Positions 22,649 through 35,979 of a stretch of DNA of 64,000 nucleotides are shown in pieces (within the stretch, counting starts at the first letter, position 1; each line of letters begins with the position of its first letter). The stretch is taken from positions 175,703-239,702 of the forward strand of contig NIVC01001770.1 of assembly GCA_002269645.1 (NCBI GenBank), read 5' to 3'. The stretch comes from Macrostomum lignano (lineage: Eukaryota). A program made the translations under genes and the position numbers. The notes under the pieces are model-generated. The model did not search any database. It was not told where the DNA came from and worked only from the letters and a program-made list of their open reading frames with translations.

Positions 22649-25600
22649 TTAGTTGGCGGTCTCGCTGCCCAGGAAGCCGCTCTCAACGATTCGGCCGAAC
22701 AGGGCGTAGGCCTCGCGGTAGGCCTCCTCGGGCATGCCATCCAGGATCAGGTCAAGGATGCGGCCGTCTCGGGCGTATTCCATCACGAGAACCAGCTTGC
22801 GCAACTGCTGCTTGTTGAGGCCGACAGCGCTGGCGTACTCGCGGACGTTGAGTTGCTCTGCGGACGGGAACATGGTACTCGTAGAAGAGGTTTCTTGCAC
22901 TGGCCACAAAAAAGGGACGGCTAGAAGGCTACTTAGCTGCTAAAGAGGTTTCTACCGTTTATTGTATTGCATTTTACTGGTAGAGACTTCGCTGTAATAG
23001 CGCATTCGACGGAGAGTTTCACAAGCTCGCAACTTCTCATCTCAAACTCAAACTTTCTCTAGCTTCAACTTCTCAAGCCCACAACTTCTCATCTCAAACT
23101 CAAACTTTCTCTAGCTTCCAACTTCTCAAGCTCGTAGCTTCACAAGCTTGCAACTTCACAAGCTTGCAACTTCACAAGTTTACAACTTCACAAGCTTGCA
23201 ACTTCACAAGATTCGCAATTCACAAGATTGCAACTTCACAAAATTGCAGCTTTGCAAGCTCGCAAAGTCACAAGCTCGAAATCGCGCATTAGTAAATACG
23301 AAAGGATTGATCACTTTCATAAGCTCAAGAATTTAAACATACATTTTCGAAAAAAGTATGGCTGATTACTTTCGAAATCTCGAATATTCCACATCATCGG
23401 AAAGTCTTCGAAAAGTTCACAATTTAAAAAGAATTTCGAGCTTTTGAAAGAGTCCCATCTGGCGAACTTCTCAAAAAACAGCTCAGCTAAGGTTCATTTG
23501 AGCTGTTTGGCTTCTCTAAAGTGTCTCTCTCGTTAGTTCAGGATCTTTGACTGCTCAATTGTGTCCGCTTTTGAGCAGATTCGGTATCTCAAATGAGTCT
23601 CAAAAAAATTTTAGTGCATCCTTTTGAGTCTTAATTTCTCAACAGTTTTACTCAAAATTTGACAACAGACTCCAACTCCTGTTCAACTCCTGCTATATAA
23701 CAGAGCTACAATTCAGTGTGACTCATCCAAGATATTTATAATTGAAAGCGCAGAAGTCAACTAAAAGGTCACTTCGAGAATGATAAGGATCAAATTTCAG
23801 CTACAATGGCAATACTGTTGTACACAGTAAAGTTCTGCATATGGGTTGGACACTCCAGCGTCAATGGTCGGGCACTTAAAACTCAGATAGATCAATACAA
23901 CCTGTTTATGCAACATTGTGTTGTCTATGGCTGATCCATTACCAGCTGCTCTAAGTAGCTAATGAAGTTGCGGCAATTGCTACTATAAATGTACCCATCA
24001 ATCTCCGAGGCTAAAATGAGCTCATATTGTAGTCGGGAGCACTCTGAATCCACTCACTCACTCCCCACCGTCAGTCTCCTCCCTAGTTGAGATCAAATCC
24101 TCTCTAGGCGGCTTTGAGCAAGACTTAAATATTCAAAACTGCAGCGCCAGAAACTCCATTAGCGAAATTGTGAGTGTTTTTTAGGAAACCACGAGGATAA
24201 TTAAGTTCCTCTGCCTGGCCCAAGAGTGCCTGCCGCGCGAAATGATGTTTGTCTCAACCTTCAGCTTTTCCCACGTGGATTTGGCCATCTGGCTTGCTAG
24301 CATCGACTGCTTAGCTGGGAAATATTGTACAAGAACTTTTTGCCTCAGGGATTTGCCTGGGATGCAAGTCAGAGTGCAAAGCTGGGATCTAGCATGCTCT
24401 GAATTCCGAAGATTCCAAAGTTGCAAGTTGCAAGGATAGAAATCTTTCTTTGAGCTCCGGAAATTTAGTCTGGACAAAAACTGTCCTGCAAGTTGCAAAA
24501 TAATATTCCAAGCCTTGAAGGGCAGGCGCCTGAAGCTGTGAGCTTCGTTACGATCGAAAATTTAATTTGTCACGGGATTCTGCAGATTTGGCTGGAAGTG
24601 GAACTACAAGCGCCACAGGCACAGCTGTGATATCCCTTATTAATTTGTGAGTCTCTGTGTGTACAGCCATCAGAAAGAGGCTACAGGAATCGAATCCCCG
24701 CTAATTGAGATGGGATGCAGATAAAAAAATACAAACATACTCACCCTCAAAGAGTACTGAGATTTTCTAGTATACAAAACAATATAAACATGAAGATGAC
24801 CAATTCTAAGGTAAACATGTTGGTGTAGGTTCTTACTCCGTAAATTTTGTTCTGACAAACTATTCAGAAGTCGAGTTATTGAGCATTAAAGTTTACGCTG
24901 GCTGTGCTGCCTATGGCTGCTATCTAGGCCAGGGTTCGGCAAACCCTTTTGCCTCAAGGGCCAAATAGAGAACCTAGAGAATGACTGCGGGCCGGAGGAG
25001 GGGAGAGAGGAGAGGGAATAGCGAAGAGAGAAGGGAGATAAGAAAAAGTAGTGGCGAGAGAATGAAGGAGAAGAAAGGAGTGGAGAGAGGAGAAGAGAGG
25101 AGAGAGGAGATAATAGAGAAGAGAAGAGAGGAGAGGAGAGAGGAGAGGAGATGAGGAGAGAGAAGAGAGAAGAGGAGACGACAGACGAGAGAAGAGGAAA
25201 GAGGAAAGAGGAGATGGTAGAGAAGAGAAGAGAGAAGAGAAAAGAGGAGAGAAGAGAGGAGAGGAGAGAGGAGAGGAGAGAGGAGAGGAGAGAGGAGAGG
25301 AGAGAGGAGAGGAGAGAGGAGAGGAGAGTGAAGAGAAGAGAAGAGAGAAAAGAATATAAGAGAGTAGAGAGGAGAGGAAAGAGAAGAGAGGAAAGAGAAG
25401 AGAGGAAGAGAGAAGAGAGGAGATTAGAGAGAAGAGCGCTGAGAAGAGATATAAACATTGAGCGGGCCGGATTGCTATTGTGAAGTTTCAAAGGACCTGA
25501 CGGCCGGAAGGAGATGCTCTGCGGGCCGTAGTTTGCAGACCCATTATCTAGGCCAGCTCTCGGGCCTTAAAATAGGCCTGTAGACCTGTAGAGCACCGGC

Positions 25601-27169
25601 AAAGTGCCAATAAGGCCGAAAAGTTGATGCCAAGTTTTGAGCTACAAGTGGCACAAGCCAAAACTAAGTGTTCGGTTTAATGAGATTTGTAACTAAGAGT
25701 ACTTTGTCGATTTTCTGCATCAACTAGGGTTCTGCTGAAGCAACCCTGGAGATCGTTTGAGCAGCCCGTCAGTCTCACCGGTGAGCTGCTTGGCCAGCTC
25801 CTCCGGGGTGCCCTCGCCGAGAATATTCGGGATCAGCCAGTTGTGGAAACGGGCGATGAAGCTCTTCAGGATGATGCTGGCCGGGCGGTCTTCTGCAACG
25901 GGTTGGGTGGTTTGATAGACTGTGTGCTCAGAATTATTTAGCTTGCAGACTTCTTAACCACGGAAGTTCAAGGACATCATCCAGAGCCAGAAAACAGACG
26001 CCTTCATTTTATGCAGCTCATTTAGGTCTGGGCCGGAGTCCGAGTTCTGAATTCGGTCTTAATGGCTACATTATTCTGAGTCTTACCGCGTTTATCTGCG
26101 TCTTAATGTGTCCTTCTGAGTCTTCATAGCTACATCATTTCTGAGACTTAATGTATCTTTCTGAGTCTTCATAGCTACATCATTTCTATGTTTTAATGTG
26201 TCCTTCTGAGTCTTCATAGCTACACCATTTCTGAGACTTAATGTATCTTTCTGAGTCTTCATAGCTACATCATTTCTATGTTTTAATGTGTCCTTCTGAG
26301 TCTTCATAGCTACACCATTTCTGACACTTAATGTATCTTTCTGAGTCTTCATAGCTACACCATTTCTGAGACTTAATGTATCTTTCTGAGTCTTCATAGC
26401 TACATCATTTCTGAGACTTAATGTATCTTTCTGAGTCTTCATAGCTACATCATTTCTGCGTCTTAATGTGTCTTTCTGAGTCTTCATAGCTACATCATTT
26501 CTATGTTTTAATGTGTCCTTTTGAGTCTTCATAGCTACACCATTTCTGAGACTTAATACCCTATTAAGTCGGGAGAAGGTTTCGTAATATTTAATCAGTG
26601 AGAAGTGGAATAAACTGTCAGTTCTAGAATGCAATATCCACATTCCAGCTTCCAAAGTGCAGCAGCTAGGAGGAAGTGGCGGCCAGGTGAGGCTTGGGCT
26701 GATGAGGCGTCTCCAAGCGCCCAGGTGAAGGAGTCTGTTCGAAGCTTCTTCCACTCTTCCCCGGCTCAGCCACGGCTCCTGTTTCAATTCAAGCCCTGTC
26801 AATAATGTTTCTGAGGAAACCACAGCTGAGGCCAGAGAAGAAGCATAAGCAAGGAGTCAGGCCCTCTGAGAGGGCAAAATGCTAGAATTGACAAATGCCT
26901 GTTTTTGCTCCAAATCTAGGGTTCACCATGAATCAGCTCCTCTCTCCGCAAGTGCGCTGTCGGGCGTGTAATTGTTGCTGCGGGAAAGTCTAAACGCCTC
27001 GCTTGCTGGCCAGGCATCGAAGCAAAAAAATCGGGCATTTGTAGAAAAGGGTGATCGAACAAATCAATTGAGCTGGTCGCTTAAAATTTGACCGCGTGAA
27101 ATGATGAAAGTGGGTAGATAGAGAGACGGAAAGCATTGATGAAATAGACAGACAGACAGACAGACTGGC

Positions 27170-27244
<75 letters not shown>

Positions 27245-27257
27245 GAGACAGACAGAC

Positions 27258-27300
<43 letters not shown>

Positions 27301-27428
27301 CAGACAGACACAGACAGACACTAAGACAGACAGACACACAGAAAGAGAGACACAGACAGACACTAAGACAGACAGACACACAGACAGATAGACACAGACA
27401 GACACTAAGACAGACAGACAGACAGACA

Positions 27429-27465
<37 letters not shown>

Positions 27466-30400
27466 GGACACAGAAACAGGCACAGACACAGGCAGATGAC
27501 TCACTGGCAGTGCACAGGGCCGTGTCCTCATCGTAGCCGTCCTCGCAGTCCTGCCGACCGTCGCAGATGAAGGAGAAGGAGAGGCACTGGCCGCTCTTGC
27601 AGGGCCAGGGCGCTGTCTTAGGACAATCGTTGCCGAGAGCGCTGCCTGCGGCATGGGTATTTGTTTGCCAGTTGAAAATCAGCAGAAATTCAAATAAAAT
27701 TAAGGATATCAGAAGATAGTAAGCAAAACACAATAGCTGTAGGTAACTCTTGCATTGCACGCTCTTTAAGAATTGTACCCTAACTTTCCAGCAGCTTGCT
27801 GAAGGAACCTAGGGGAGGGCAGCAAATTTTCACTGAAGGACCATGGAGGGCAGCTATGGTTCACTGAAGGACCATAGGGGAGGGCAGTTATGGTTTACTG
27901 AAGGACCCTACGGGAGGGCAGCTATGGTTCACTGAAGGACCATGGAGGGCAGCTATGGTTCACTGAAGGACCATGGAGGGCAGCTATGGTTCACTGAAGG
28001 ACCATGGAGGGCAGCTAAGGTTCACTGAAGGACCATAGGGGAGGGCAGCTATGGTTCACTGAAGGACCATAGGGGAGGACAGCTATGGTTCACTGAAGGA
28101 CCATAGGGGAGGACAGCAAAGGTTCATTGAAGGACCATATGGGAGGGCAGCTAAGGTTCACTGAAGGACCATATGGGAGGGCAGCTAAGGTTCACTGAAG
28201 GACCATAGGGGAGGGCAGCAAAGGTTCACTGAAGGACCATAGGGGAGGGAAGCAAAGGTTCACTGAAGGACCATAGGGGAGGGAAGCAAAGGTTCACTGA
28301 AGGACCATAGGGGAGGGCAGCAAAGGTTCACTGAAGGACCATAGGGGAGGGAAGCAAAGGTTCACTGAAGGACCATGGAGGGCAGCTAAGGTTCACTGAA
28401 GGACCATAGGGGAGGGCAGCTAAGGTTCACTGAAGGACCATAGGGGAGGGCAGCAAAGGTTCACTGAAGGACCATAGGGGAGGGCAGCTAAGGTTCACTG
28501 AAGGACCATATGGGAGGGCAGTTAAGGTTCACTGAAGGACCATGGAGGGCAGCAAAGATTCACTGAAGGACCATGGAGGGCAGCAAAGATTCACTGAAGG
28601 ACCATGGAGGGCAGCAAAGATTCACTGAAGGACCATAGGGGAGGGCAGCAAAGATTCACTGAAGGACCATGGAGGGCAGCTATGGTTCACTGAAGGACCA
28701 AATTAAACAGTAGTTATGAATTATAAAGAGTGAGAAATCACATGAGTTTTACTATACCAAATGAATCAAAGTTTTCGATCACACACTTGCGCAAGAGTAA
28801 ATAAAAAAATAAAAAATTCTGTGCCCAGGTGCGAATAAACAAGATCTTAGGTAAGAGAGTTTTTAAAAAGTCACCTCCAGGTTTAGCGGCTTCAGCGGGC
28901 TCAGAGGCTGGAACAGGGTCAAGAATGCGATATGAACTAGATTGCTGAGTACTGAGATTGCCTTACATTGAATGCCAATAGGAAAGTCTACATTAACTGC
29001 TCATAAATCTGAGAATGTCAGTCCGTAAGATCATCTTCTCCGGTAGTATATGGTAATACTGTAATACCAATGGCCATACTGTATGCTCGTAGGTATCTCT
29101 CGGATTGAAAGTGTCTGTCTTTTTGGGACAAATTTATTGCCTTAGCACTGGTATAAATGGGGAATATATACCATTGATAAACTTCTGATTGCACCTCGGA
29201 CAAAGCTTGCTTCATTTGCTAAAAAAACTAAATTTTCCTATCTCGCTAACTTCGTGTGCTCTTCAAAAGTTCAGAAGGTGAGACAAAATGTCAGTTAAGT
29301 GGCTGTTGGAAACAAAAGCAGAAAAAGTTCCCATCTCGCTAATGCGTATTGATTCGCTGATCGGCTAGCTGAAGAGCAATCTAATGACTCCCATAGTATA
29401 ATTTTATTAGTAATAATTGAATCAGAAATGCACAGCAGAGAGGCTGGGCTGGGACTATAGAAAACTATTCAGCTATAGATAGTACAACTTGACCGTGAAC
29501 CCTAGATGGAAGAACTGCATATAGATGCTCCCGCCAGTTTCATCACAAAGCTATATAACAGTTAGCAGCCACTATCAGCCTCCCTCATGCCACACCATCA
29601 AGTGCTAATCGGTTTCTCACCCTTCCTGACGAGCTGGCGGTAGCACGTAGCGCTGCCAGCTAGCAGGGCGAACAGCAGGGCCAAGCCGGAGATGAGATTC
29701 CTCACTGAAATATATTGCACACGGGACAGCGGCTCAGATAGATCTCATTGATGCTGGATTGTCAGCTATATACGAATAAAGAAGCTTCCCTCCAGCTCAC
29801 CATTCATTCTCGGGCCAAGTATTAGAGACTTTGGGAGAGTTCACGATCAGCTGCCAGAGGGAGGATATTGAAATAGGGCTTTATCCGCTGCTAGCTCAAC
29901 AAAACCGATGGGAAAACTGACGCAGGCTGGAGAGTGGGGCCCGTTTTTATCCTGCATCTTCCCCTACCAAATAGGGATAGGGCAAGGACTCTGGGTCCGG
30001 GGGGAGACCTGGACTAGAAGGCAACACGCACACCCGGCGACTAAAAATCTCATTAACAAAGGCTACCAGGGGTCGAAAAACCCTCGGGTCCTGTAAAACC
30101 GCTCGCTCATGGTTTGTCTCTTCTCTCCACTCCTCTCTCTCCTCTCCCCTCTCCTCTCAACTCCTCTCCTCTTGTTCTCTCCTCTCTTCTCATCTCACCT
30201 CACCTCTCATCGCATCTCTTATCTCTTATCTCACCTCTTACCTCTTCTCTCATCTCTCATCTACCGTTTCCTCTTCTTTCTGATCTATTCCCCATTTCTT
30301 TCTCACCTGGCCCCGCAGAAATGATCTAGACTCTATCTGGCCCTCGATGTAAAAAGTTTGCCGACCCGTGCGGCTAGACTAAGCTCAAATTTATAGACAA

Positions 30401-31423
30401 AAGATTGGACAAAATCTCTGCCGGTACAGGAAATTTTCCTTTTTACTTGTCCTGTGAATTACAATACTACAGTACCAATTTTAATTCATAAAATTCTAGG
30501 AATAGGCTTATAAGTGTGAATTTAAATGCCCGTAAGATTATCGTTTGTTATAAATATACTCGCGAGTTCATACAAGCGTTCAAATCCATTCGATACTTAT
30601 TACCGAGTCAAAGCCAGCTTTTTTATTACCCCGTATCGTTTTAATGATCACTAAACCGTAACACTATTTCAGTGCATACATGCAGAAGACACAACAAAGT
30701 TATAGACATGAAATTAGTTAATTAATAATTAACAAACTCCAAGCTTGGTGGACGCTTCGCTCAAGACAAATGAAAAGCAGTAGGGATTCGGACGAGCTGT
30801 CCCAATTTTCGGACAAAGTGGGGCAGCTTTTGGAAGAATTGTCTTCCAAAGAACCCATAAATGTCAGTGGCGATCTGATTTGTAAAGTTAATAACAGCAA
30901 AACTGCCTTTCATGTAATTATAGAAATGCAGGTAAAAAAATAATGAAAGCGCTGGCTCCTTCTTGTCTCGTATGTAATTTGGACAATTTCCGCTGGCAAA
31001 TGCATACATTGGTAAGATTTGCGATTGGGCCACAGTCCAAGTCGTATGCAAAAGTCTATGGACCGCGAGAGGGCTCGCCATTGGACGGGGAACATGCTAA
31101 TTCCCACTCACCCAATGCCGCCCAGCTGCCGAGTAAAAAGGTGATGAAGAAAGTGGCAAAAACTGCACGCGCGACCAGCCGCGCAGCTCAAGAGGGATCT
31201 AGATAAAAAATGCTCAAAATGTATTCCCAATATATAGCTTTTGCCGACTGAGCGAACGCTTAGCCTGTTTACCCAGAGCAAGTGAATGTCTGCGGCTTTA
31301 GAATTAAACTGCATCCCATGCGGCAGCTGTGAACTGTGCCAGAGAAGAGAATTATATAATCCTCTGCGAGATAATTCCTCGCAGAGGATTAATAACTTCC
31401 CGGCACCTACCGGTATATTCCAT
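22649..31423 (-). CDS. Prohormone-4 / IDLSRF-like secreted neuropeptide precursor with one LDLa domain, ~211 aa
   Basis: Exons (minus): 31423-31411 (tentative, MEYT), 29704-29621 (signal peptide [20 protein letters not shown] then YRQLVRK), 28907-28875 (33-nt microexon), 27645-27505 (LDLa [40 protein letters not shown]), 25892-25779, 22899-22649 (…[11 protein letters not shown]). All introns GT-AG, phase 1. Layout DGYDED..LCTA..RP and terminal ..V..GFL match insect prohormone-4 as I recall it. Confidence 0.8.
23015..23280. repeat. Degenerate ~16-bp tandem repeat (gcttgcaacttcacaa)
   Basis: Recurrent caacttcacaag/caacttctc units. Confidence 0.8.
24930..25545 (+). mobile_element. hAT (Charlie-like) MITE with internal GA-rich tract
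   Basis: TIRs cagggttcggcaaac / gtttgcagacccatt; perfect 8-bp TSD atctaggc (24922-29, 25546-53); subterminal sequence shared with 4637-5963 and 56146-56304. Confidence 0.9.
26050..26557. repeat. Minisatellite, 45-bp unit (ctgagtcttcatagctacatcatttctgagacttaatgtatcttt)
   Basis: Tandem periodicity; intronic. Confidence 0.95.
27125..27490. repeat. (GACA)n/(CA)n compound microsatellite
   Basis: Directly visible; begins just inside the intron after the LDLa exon. Confidence 0.97.
27810..28700. repeat. Minisatellite, 31-34-bp unit (ggttcactgaaggaccataggggagggcagctaa)
   Basis: Tandem periodicity; intronic. Confidence 0.95.
30067..30370 (-). mobile_element. hAT (Charlie-like) MITE, same family, reverse orientation
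   Basis: Ends caggggtcgaaaaac / gtttgccgacccgtg; minus-strand start cacgggtcggcaaactttttacatcgagggccagat matches the 4637 copy; CT-rich interior; TSD unclear. Confidence 0.75.
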
Positions 31424-32185
31424 CAATAAAATGAATGCAAAAAGTGAGTGAGCGAGAGCAGAGTGAGTTGCTGGCGCGGCAGTCATCAACTATAAGCTAT
31501 TTAAGGGGAAAGCTTCAAAGAGGAAGGAACGCGTTATCTGAGCTTAGACTCATTAAATAATCCATAATCATCATAGATATAGACTATATAGAGCCATCGG
31601 TGGCCACTGTGTGTATACCTCTTTACCTAATATGGACCTAACCTCGTCTCTCTGCATGCAACTTGTTCAGTACATACAGCTAGTGCAGAGACTCAATCTG
31701 CGAAATGGATATGGTGAGCGCCGCTGCGATGACAAGCAGACCGAGTGTGTGCACTTATACAGATTACACTAAAGTATCAGGTCAGGTAAGTTGATTCCAG
31801 TGATAAATTAATGAAAATGAATTGTGGTTAACTTATAAGAAGCTGAAGTGCCTATAAGTATTTGTTGGGGCCAAGCGAGCGAGCGTAATTGTTTCTTGGA
31901 AAATAAAAATGGAAAAACATAATGCTATAGTTTCGGAGAGCGACAACGTTCAAATGCCGTAATATATATATATATTCTAAACGTATTTTGCCTGACAATT
32001 GCTGCCATTCATAGCAGCGCGCTATTAGGGGTTTTGCCCACAGATCCACAGGCTCTGTGGTTTGGCCATAGATAACTTCGATCGAGAACGATCGAGAACG
32101 AATTTATTTTAGTATTGCTTTTGACAGCCTAACTGAGAATCCTGCATACACTGTCTGCGAGGGGCCTTCGCCGCGCCTTGCCTTA

Positions 32186-32298
32186 GTCTATGGGCCATAG
32201 ACTGAAAAAAAATGCAACACGCGTAAACCGATCAATTCTCAGTGTGGGTGCATGGCTTTTTATCACTGCTTAGCTTTTGCAGCCTATGGCCCATAGAC
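32186..32298. mobile_element. Small MITE with ~19-bp TIRs and TA target duplication
   Basis: ta|gtctatgggccatagactg ... cagcctatggcccatagac|ta, one mismatch. Confidence 0.65.
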
Positions 32299-32329
32299 TA
32301 AGAAAATTGACGCAGCCAAGGTCCCTTGC

Positions 32330-32480
32330 AGGCAGCGTATGGAGGCGATCTCAGCTTGGATGGCTTCATTCTCAGTCAGGCTGCGAAAAGCAATGGTTAC
32401 ACAGCATTGAATATCACAAAAAGGTTACCATTTTAACTGATTCCTGTCTGGCACTCAACGCTCTGATCTCACGGCTATGC
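32330..32480 (+). pseudogene. Possible decayed RNase H fragment of a non-LTR retrotransposon
   Basis: KVTILTDSCLALNALI resembles the RNase H TDS..A..AL motif; no flanking RT recognised. Confidence 0.3.
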
Positions 32481-34611
32481 TATAGATGCCGTAAATCAAT
32501 TCTGTAAATTAATATATCTTTCATTCATTGCATTAGATTCAAGCGTTGGGCACAGGAGCTATAGCCCGGGTTGAAACAGCCCATAAGTAGATTTACACAC
32601 ACAAATGTAGAGCATTGTAGAAACATCTTCCGCCAAGACCAAGCTGTCACTTTTTTAACAGCAGAACTGCCAAGGGGAAGTAGGAAATCCCCCCTCCGAC
32701 AATTTTTTTGCTGTGTCGGAACGGAGCAACGCAGGCACACGAAAGTTCAAGAACACGGGCTAACCTATTGTTGCGCACCTTCTCAAAAGAAAGATCAAGT
32801 CGCCCGTCCTCCGGACCGTCGAGATATTCTACGATTCTGCCAGGTCGGATTTTTTCCATAAGCGCTAGTGCATATCTGCAAGGCATATCAGCTCCAACTT
32901 CGTTAGTTACTGCCTTCACCCAGGCGTAGCTTCTGGACTTCAACAGGTGGCCACCAAGTGACTATGGACACGCTGCTGCAAATTTATCGAGTTCCGATGC
33001 ATGTTCAAGCCTCCATAGTGGGCAAATCACAACTGACTTCCCCAGTAAATTCCACCCACGCCCCCTGGTAAGTTCGACGTGCGGAAAATGGCTTTTTTGG
33101 TCTTCCTACTGTTCAGGAAACTTCTGCATTGCCGAAACCTCGCAACGCTTGTGCAATACGTTTGAAGCAGAGTATAGAATGGCCTAGACTGAGCGCGTGC
33201 GCGTGCAAGAAAATTTGCTCCGCAATTGGGAAAACAATGGCAATAAGTTGATTGACTGGCTTGCCTGCCTAATTCAGCTCCCGTAGGCTGTAACAATGCA
33301 TGTGTAGTTTAGCATCGCACGCGACGATGGCTCCACGTGAACTTCCGACGAACACCAAATTAGGCAAATTTCCCTATTGATTATTAGGAAAATGACGTCT
33401 ATTGTTATTGTTCTATTACTGTTATAAATTACTGGCAACAGGTGATACATATAATCCGCATATTTCACCAGCTAATAAATCTATTTATCTATTCAGTTGA
33501 TAAGCTCGTGATCCCTCTGACATGTAATAATGAGTTTACAACTATTTTATTCAGCTAAAAACCCTTCTAACCAACTAGGTGAGTCATTTTCAACACTAAC
33601 TAAAATCGATCAATCAAAATAACAAAATAACAAAGCCAGCTTCATACCCAGAAACAGAATATGAATCGTACTGCAGTGGAGACAAGCAGCACTAGTTTAT
33701 TCTAGTCACGGAGAGAATTACAGCGATTAACAATGAATCGGAACTCAGTAGTATTTCATTACCGTCCATTATTCATAGAAGACAGGCATCAATAAACACA
33801 ATATAATTTAGTCAGGAAGGCTTTATTTATAAATAAGGTCCAATTCAAATATGTAAGGTCAAATCAGTTAAGAATAGAGCCATTGTCAGCCATAAAAATA
33901 AAATTTCAATCACAAGTGTAGCAAAAGAGATTGGGAGTATTCAAGACAAATATTGGCTCGCAGAAGCAGCAATATAGTGTGCTGAACTATCGATAAACAG
34001 TGCTGTTTTTTGTTCTTAAACAAATCAATCTGAATTAAACTAAGTAAGCACGTATGAAGAAATGAAATTTAAAAGTTGAGTAACAGACAAGTAACCTGAA
34101 GGCGAGAGTTAATAGAATTCGAATTATGTCGGTACAGTCGTACTTTTTATTACGTCTAAAATTAAGGTACAATATGTACTTTCGTTTGTATGCTCACCCT
34201 AATATTTATTAAATTTATTTTAAAAAGAGACAAAAGATAGCTTGTACTACTTAAAATACTACCTACTTACTACTAACTAACCAGTGAATTGAAACTTGAC
34301 AAAGCTAATTAAAAACTCTCAAGCAAAATGAAAGATACAAACAAGATGAGGGCAAGCAGGATTATTCATAGGCCTTAGTAACCGTTTATAACAAAAAACA
34401 CCTTTGCAGGACAACAAAAATATAACGAGGAATCGAAATTAAGCAGCGACAAACAGGCCTGAATAAACAGTTGGAAATTCAAATTGATTAGATAATAGGT
34501 AATGCAGTTAGGAATGGTTGCTATAGAAATAGATTTAAGTTGGGCCATACTAATTTGATAATAGTTTTGTCCGTGTCCTAGTGTCTATGCGTTGTTGTTG
34601 TTAAGCAGTTG

Positions 34612-35650
34612 ACCCACCAGCAAGTCCTAATGGGGAATTAGTGACCCACCGGCAGATCCTAAAGGTGGAATTAGTGACCCACCGGCAGATCCTGATGGGG
34701 AATTAGTGACCCACCGGCAGATCCTGATGGGGAATTAGTGACCCACCGGTAGATCCTAATTGAATTAGTGACCCACCGGCAGATCCTGATGGGGAATTAG
34801 TGACCCACCGGCAGATCCTGATGGGGAATTAGTGACCCACCGGCAGATCCTGATGGGGAATTAGTGACCTACTGGCAGATCCTGATGGGGAATTAGTGAC
34901 CCACCGGCAGATCCTGATGGGGAATTAGTGACCCACCGGTAGATCCTAATTGAATTAGTGACCCACCGGCAGATCCTGATGGGGAATTAGTGACCCACCG
35001 GCAGATCCTGATGGGGAATTAGTGACCCACCGGCAGATTCTGATGGGGAATTAGTGACCCACCGGCAGATCCTGATGGGGAATTAGTGACCTACTGGCAG
35101 ATCCTGATGGGGAATTAGTGACCCACCGGCAGATCCTGATGGGGAATTAGTGACCCACCGGCAGATCCTGATGGGGAATTAGTGACCCACCGGCAGATCC
35201 TGATGGGGAATTAGTGACCCACCGGCAGATCCTGATGGGGAATTAGTGACCTACTGGCAGATCCTGATGGGGAATTAGTGACCCACCGGCAGATCCTGAT
35301 GGGGAATTAGTGACCCACCGGTAGATCCTAATTGAATTAGTGACCCACCGGCAGATCCTGATGGGGAATTAGTGACCCACCGGCAGATCCTGATGGGGAA
35401 TTAGTGACCCACCGGCAGATTCTGATGGGGAATTAGTGACCCACCGGCAGATCCTGATGGGGAATTAGTGACCTACTGGCAGATCCTGATGGGGAATTAG
35501 TGACCCACCGGCAGATCCTGATGGGGAATTAGTGACCCACCGGCAGATCCTGATGGGGAATTAGTGACCCACCGGCAGATTCTGATGGGGAATTAGTGAC
35601 TCACTAACAAATCCTAATGGGGGGGTCAGTGACCCACCGGCAGATCCTGA
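34612..35650. repeat. Minisatellite, 30-32-bp unit (gacccaccggcagatcctgatggggaattagt)
   Basis: Tandem periodicity downstream of the Rab1 stop. Confidence 0.95.
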
Positions 35651-35979
35651 TGGATTTCTGAAGGAGCTGAGAATGTTGGCATTGTTAAAGAATAGAAATG
35701 AACAAAGTTTAAAAAAATTCTTCTGTCTACAGGGTCCCACAACTGGACACAGAATTTATTGGACACAATAAATGTTTAGTATTGAGTTTGAGGCATTGAT
35801 AAATCAATAATTAATAAATAACAGTAAAAACACGCACATAGACCACCAGCTAAGGCGATTCTATTAAGAGTCAGACCAAAAATTAACTAGTGTGTGGAAT
35901 TTAAAATAAAAGAACACAACGCAGCAGTGTATTGCCATTGGCAACAAAAGCGTCCCTAAGTCAACTGCCTATTGTTTCC

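Noticed and set aside
32525-33296. Interrupted minus-strand ORF fragments (e.g. 32647-32943)
   Set aside because: No recognisable motif or splice-consistent model; probably TE debris.
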